A stretch of 64,000 nt of DNA from Myxococcales bacterium. Lineage in GTDB: Bacteria > Myxococcota_A > Polyangia > Polyangiales > DASUME01. The notes under the pieces were generated by a model. That model had not been told where the DNA came from. It worked only from the letters and a program-made list of their open reading frames with translations, and did not search any database. The stretch lies in contig JASGJH010000001.1 of the NCBI GenBank assembly GCA_047601445.1, forward strand, positions 3,968,001 to 4,032,000. Direction: 5' to 3'. Numbering within the stretch: position 1 is the first letter of the stretch; each line of letters begins with the position of its first letter. Both the position numbers and the translations under genes were made by a program. Positions 59,794 to 64,000 of this stretch are shown in pieces.

Positions 59794-60045
59794 AAAGGAA
59801 GTGTCCATGACTACGGATTCTTCTCCGATTTCTACTTGATGACGGTTACCCTCGCGACGCCCCCGGCGGGGACGCACGTCGCCTGGACGCAGGAAGACAC
59901 TGTATTCGGGACATGCCGTGCAGGCTCGCGTGACAGCACGCGGTACGCAAAGGGATTGAACCCGGAGCTCGTCCCGGTGTGGAACGCCTTGAAGAGCGGC
60001 GGCCTGAATTTCAACTTTCATGCAGCGACCAACTTCGGAAGCGTC
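59794..60045 (+). pseudogene. Inverted, start-less paralogous copy of the lectin's C-terminal domain
   Basis: Ungapped manual alignment gives 45/84 identical aa to the region 58227-58478. Confidence 0.8.
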
Positions 60046-60462
60046 ATTCCTGGCCATCGATCTCGGCGTAGCGGCGACTTCATCGCTGACCGGGGCCAAG
60101 GCAAGCCATGGAGACTGCAATACGAGCGTGCATTCGGATGGCAAGGGAGGCGGAGGAATCGAAGTTGGGTGTCCATTGAACTAGGCCGCACGCTTCTGGC
60201 GAGCTGGCTTCGCGTCCCCTCTTCCGCTTCGGGCGCGGGGCGAGTACGAGCGCGAAGACCAGGTCCCCTCGGCGGGGCAAAACACCTCGTCGAGGAAGCA
60301 GCGCACGCGGCGCGTGCTCTCGGTCTCCGGACCTGATCTCGCGCTGTTCGCGCCTCCTCGCACGCTCTCGAGAACGGCGTAAGCGGCTCTCCACGCGTGC
60401 ACGCTGCGGGAACGCTCCTTGCGTTCGAGTGGCCCAGGCAAACCCGTCGCGAGGAGACCACG

Positions 60463-62805
60463 ATGCCAGCAAAGCGCTTCAATGGCCGCATCACCTTGGA
60501 TGTGCGCACCTCTCAACCCGATTGGTCCGCCTTCGCGCCGCCGCGCGCTCCCGACGGGGCTCCCAACGTGCTGATGATCGTCTTCGACGATGTCGGCTTC
60601 GGGGCCTTCGATTGCTACGGCGGTTTGATTGAAACGCCGAACATGACCCGCATCGCCAAGCTCGGCCTGCGCTACTCCCAGTTCCATACCACCGCGCTCT
60701 GCTCGCCCACCCGCGCCTGCGTCTTGACGGGCCGCAACGCCACCTCCAACGGCATGGCTTGCATCACCGAGGGCGCCAGTGGCTATCCGGGCTCGAGCGG
60801 ACGCATTCCGTTCGAGAACGCCATGATCGCGCAGGTGCTGGTGGACCGCGGCTACAGCGCTTACGCGCTCGGCAAGTGGCACCTCACACCGGGTTACGAT
60901 CAGCACGCCGCGGGTTCGCGTAGTCAGTGGCCACTGGGACGGGGTTTTGAGCGCTTCTACGGCTTTCTCGGAGGCGAGACCAACCAGTGGTACCCGCTGC
61001 TCGTGCAGGACAACCAGTCCATCGACCAACCCTACCTGCCAGAGCAGGGCTACCACCTGAGCAAGGACCTGGCGGACAAGGCCCTGCAATACATCCGCGA
61101 CGGTAAGGTGTCGGAGCCGGACAAGCCCTGGTTCCTGTACTTCGCGCCCGGTTGCGGACACGCGCCACACCACGTGCCCAAGGAGTGGGCCGACAAGTAC
61201 AAGGGCAAGTTCGACATGGGCTACGAAAAGTACCGCGAGCTGGTGCTGGCCCGTCAGATCGAGATGGGACTCTTGCCCAAGGGCACCAAGCTCTCCCCCA
61301 TGAATGCCTACATCCACGAGCGTTCGCCGGGCGGGAAGCCGTGGCCGTTGCTCGACATGGTTCGCCCGTGGGAGCCGCTCACGGACGACGAGAAGCGCTT
61401 GTTTTGCCGCATGGCCGAGGTCTACGCGGGCTTCGTCTCCCACTGCGATGCACAGATCGGCCGACTGCTCGACTACCTGGAGGAGACCGGGGACCTCGAC
61501 AACACCATCATCGTGGCCATCTCCGACAACGGCGCCAGCGGCGAAGGCGGTCCGAATGGCAGCGTGAACGAGATGAAGTTCTTCAACGGTGTCTTCGACG
61601 ACATGAAGGAGAACCTCAAACACCTCGACGACCTGGGCTCGCCGCGCACCTACAACCACTACTGCACCGGCTGGGCCGAGGCGTTCTGCACGCCCTTCAA
61701 GATGTACAAGCGCTACGCCAACTACGAGGGAGGAACGGCGGACCCGCTGTGGATCGCGTGGCCCAAGCGCATCAAGGCGCGCAACGAGATTCGCCACCAG
61801 TATTGCCATGCCATCGACATCGTGCCGACGCTCTACGAGTGCCTGGGCATCGAGCCGCCGGACACGGTACACGGCTACACACAGTCGGAGATCGAGGGGG
61901 TAAGCTTGGCCGACAGCTTTCACGACGCAGCCGCGCCCACCAGGAAGCAGTCCCAGTTCTACGCCATGCTGGGCACGCGCGGCGTCTGGCTCGATGGCTG
62001 GCACGCGTCGGCGGTGCACCCTGCCCTGGGGGGCTGGGGAGAGTTCGAGAAGGATCGCTGGGAGCTCTTCAATCTCGAAGAGGACCGCAGCCAGTGCAAC
62101 GACCTGGCCAAGCAGCATCCCGAGAAGGTCGAACGCATGAAGGGCCTGTGGGCCATGCTGGCCGGCAAGTACAACGGCCTCCCGCTCGACGACCGACCGC
62201 CGCTCGAGCTGCTCGCCGACCCACGTCCGCACCCGGGAAAGCCGCGCGATGCCTACGTGTACTATCCCGACTGCGAGGCCGTGCCTGCTGGAGTCGCTGT
62301 GAGTACGGTGCAGCGAGCCTTCGAGATCGAGGCCGAAGTCGAGATCAAAGATCGCGATGTGGCAGGCGTGGTGTTCGCCCAGGGCAGCAACGCGGGCGGG
62401 CACACGCTCTACGTGAAGGACGGGCGCGTGCACTATGTGTACAACTGGCTCGGCGACGTGCAGCAGAAGCTCTCCTCGAGCAAGCCGCTCACGCCGGGTA
62501 AACACGTGCTCGGCGTCAGCTTCGAGATCAAGACCCACGACCGCGACAAGAGCCCGCGCGGACCAGCGCGCCTGGTCATCGACGGCATGGAGGTGGCCTC
62601 GGAGGAGATCAAGACCCAGCCGAGCTTCTTCGGACTGGAAGGCGTCGTCACGGTCGGTCGAGACGTGGGTCGCCCCGCCTCGGACGACTACAGCTCTCCC
62701 GATGCCTTTCGTGGCGGCACGATCGCCAAGGTCACAGTGTCGGTGCAAGGCCAGGCCCACCGCGATCCGGAGACGGAAGCGAAGATGGCACAGTCGCGAG
62801 ACTGA
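60463..62805 (+). CDS. Arylsulfatase (Cys-type, formylglycine-dependent)
   Basis: RBS GAGGAG; PNVLMIVFDDVG, CSPTRACVLTGR, GKWHL, SDNG. Confidence 0.95.
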   Translation: MPAKRFNGRITLDVRTSQPDWSAFAPPRAPDGAPNVLMIVFDDVGFGAFDCYGGLIETPNMTRIAKLGLRYSQFHTTALCSPTRACVLTGRNATSNGMACITEGASGYPGSSGRIPFENAMIAQVLVDRGYSAYALGKWHLTPGYDQHAAGSRSQWPLGRGFERFYGFLGGETNQWYPLLVQDNQSIDQPYLPEQGYHLSKDLADKALQYIRDGKVSEPDKPWFLYFAPGCGHAPHHVPKEWADKYKGKFDMGYEKYRELVLARQIEMGLLPKGTKLSPMNAYIHERSPGGKPWPLLDMVRPWEPLTDDEKRLFCRMAEVYAGFVSHCDAQIGRLLDYLEETGDLDNTIIVAISDNGASGEGGPNGSVNEMKFFNGVFDDMKENLKHLDDLGSPRTYNHYCTGWAEAFCTPFKMYKRYANYEGGTADPLWIAWPKRIKARNEIRHQYCHAIDIVPTLYECLGIEPPDTVHGYTQSEIEGVSLADSFHDAAAPTRKQSQFYAMLGTRGVWLDGWHASAVHPALGGWGEFEKDRWELFNLEEDRSQCNDLAKQHPEKVERMKGLWAMLAGKYNGLPLDDRPPLELLADPRPHPGKPRDAYVYYPDCEAVPAGVAVSTVQRAFEIEAEVEIKDRDVAGVVFAQGSNAGGHTLYVKDGRVHYVYNWLGDVQQKLSSSKPLTPGKHVLGVSFEIKTHDRDKSPRGPARLVIDGMEVASEEIKTQPSFFGLEGVVTVGRDVGRPASDDYSSPDAFRGGTIAKVTVSVQGQAHRDPETEAKMAQSRD

Positions 62806-62807
62806 GC

Positions 62808-62828
62808 GGCAGGGGGTGGGCCCCCGCC
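62808..62828. terminator. GC-rich hairpin between convergent genes
   Basis: ggc-a-ggggg-tggg-ccccc-gcc; no U-tract. Confidence 0.35.
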
Positions 62829-62830
62829 CA

Positions 62831-64000
62831 TTAGCCCGCTTGCTTCACCTGGGGAGCCGGCGCGCCTCCGGTCGGCTCCTTGCTGGGTTCGTCCGACTCG
62901 TCCACCTTGCACAGCAGCTCCATCAAGGCGTGCTTCGAGTCCCTCTCGGACAGCTGGCACAGGAAGAAGCCGGCGGCGCTGCGGAGCGGGGTGGAGCCAT
63001 CGGGCTCCATGAGCTGCTGAAAGCCGAATGCGCTGAGCAACTTGACGCTGTCGTTGGAGCTCGCCTCGCAGACGATGGCGAGATCGGCCGCTGCGGCCGG
63101 CTGATCCAGCTGTGTGCCCCGAAATTGCCGGATCAACGCCGCGAGGTGTTGCAGTGCGCAAAAGATCAGGAGTTGAGTGTCCGCTTGGTGGTGGGCGGCG
63201 TCCGGGTGAAGGTAGGCCTGGGTGTAGGCCTCGAAGCGCAGCGGACCCGCGTAGGGCTTTCCACGCGGCTCGGCGAGATACTTGACCGCCGCGTGATCGA
63301 GGTGAGAGAGCGCGGAGTTGAGGTGGCCGCGCGCGACCATCTCGAAGGACTCGGGCATCACGGGCACGATGACGCTGGCATAGCGAGCCCCTTCGGCGGG
63401 ACGCGCAATGGTCCACAACACCTCCGGCATTTGCTTGAGCCAGCCGTGGAGGTAGTGCGCTTCCGGATTCGCCCAGGCTTCGTCGTTGGACCCCATCTTG
63501 CCCAGCGCGAAGACCTCCGCAGAGGCCTTGGCGATCTCGCGTGCCTCGACCATGAGGACCTCGGAGCTCTGACCACGACGGGCGAAGGCCCCGCGAGCCT
63601 CCTGTTTTCGATACTCGGAAATACGCTCGATCAACTGGTCGTACAGCTCCGAGGGCGCGCTGGCCTTGACCCAAACGTCCCCGAAGGGATAGCCACGAAA
63701 GGCTTTTCTGGCCTGCACCGACGCGGCGCTCACCAGCCACAGGGTCACGACGAACAGCATCGACACTTCGAAGGCAGCGACCACCTGGTGAAAGCCGAAC
63801 TCGAGACGGTGCTTGGCGATGGCTTCCATGAGCTCGCGACGAATGGTCAGACCGGTAATCACCAAGAGGACGACCTCGATAGCGAGCAGCGTCTTGTGCC
63901 GGTGCTCGAACGATTCGTTCGCTACGAATAGGAAGCGGTAAGTGGGCGCGAGCACACGTCGGACGAAGCCATGATAGAGCGCCCGGAGTACGCCAGGCTC
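62831..64000 (-). CDS. Hypothetical membrane-associated protein, 5' end outside window
   Basis: Frame open to base 64000; two TM segments then a ~260-aa soluble domain. Confidence 0.7.
   Translation of the reverse strand, partial: EPGVLRALYHGFVRRVLAPTYRFLFVANESFEHRHKTLLAIEVVLLVITGLTIRRELMEAIAKHRLEFGFHQVVAAFEVSMLFVVTLWLVSAASVQARKAFRGYPFGDVWVKASAPSELYDQLIERISEYRKQEARGAFARRGQSSEVLMVEAREIAKASAEVFALGKMGSNDEAWANPEAHYLHGWLKQMPEVLWTIARPAEGARYASVIVPVMPESFEMVARGHLNSALSHLDHAAVKYLAEPRGKPYAGPLRFEAYTQAYLHPDAAHHQADTQLLIFCALQHLAALIRQFRGTQLDQPAAAADLAIVCEASSNDSVKLLSAFGFQQLMEPDGSTPLRSAAGFFLCQLSERDSKHALMELLCKVDESDEPSKEPTGGAPAPQVKQAG

Noticed and set aside
58227..60045. Diversity-generating retroelement TR/VR pair
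   Set aside because: Copies are highly diverged at all base types rather than adenine-specific, and no reverse transcriptase is present in the window
59215..60336. 373-aa ORF as a complete gene
   Set aside because: The N-terminal part is antisense to the lectin gene and the tail looks non-coding; only 59794-60045 shows real homology
60181..62760. 859-aa minus-strand ORF
   Set aside because: Antisense shadow of the arylsulfatase
1..64000. Mobile elements, prophage, defence systems, rRNA or tRNA
   Set aside because: No transposase, integrase, phage structural, nuclease/defence or structural-RNA signatures were recognised

Overview
GC-rich bacterial chromosomal window whose gene content points to a myxobacterium (Myxococcota, probably Polyangiales-like). 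The evidence is Ser/Thr kinase + TPR/PEGA + FHA-sigma54-activator and ECF/anti-sigma modules, a RedB/RedC-like pair, and many Cys-rich lipoproteins with acidic 'DAG'/'GD' linkers. About 55 CDSs are supported. No rRNA, tRNA, CRISPR array, integrase or transposase was recognised. Content is mainly signalling (3 histidine kinases, ECF sigma, ArsR, TetR, MarR, 2 LuxR), about 16 predicted lipoproteins, and small redox/lipid enzymes. Highlights: (1) a lipoprotein resembling the fungal TOS1/DUF2403-DUF2401 glucanase family, with an ExDxxE motif; (2) a ricin-lectin lipoprotein whose C-terminal domain has a second, start-less, inverted copy just upstream, a geometry in which an inversion would swap C-termini; (3) a lipoprotein with two cytochrome-c-like domains carrying atypical CX4CH motifs around six Cys-rich repeats; (4) an FHA enhancer-binding protein with NYPNSG in place of GAFTGA; (5) several eukaryote-like secreted domains (CAP/PR-1, Kunitz-like+Kazal, M66 metzincin). 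Two genes are broken by small indels that may be sequencing errors. All family assignments come from motif recognition by eye, not database searches.
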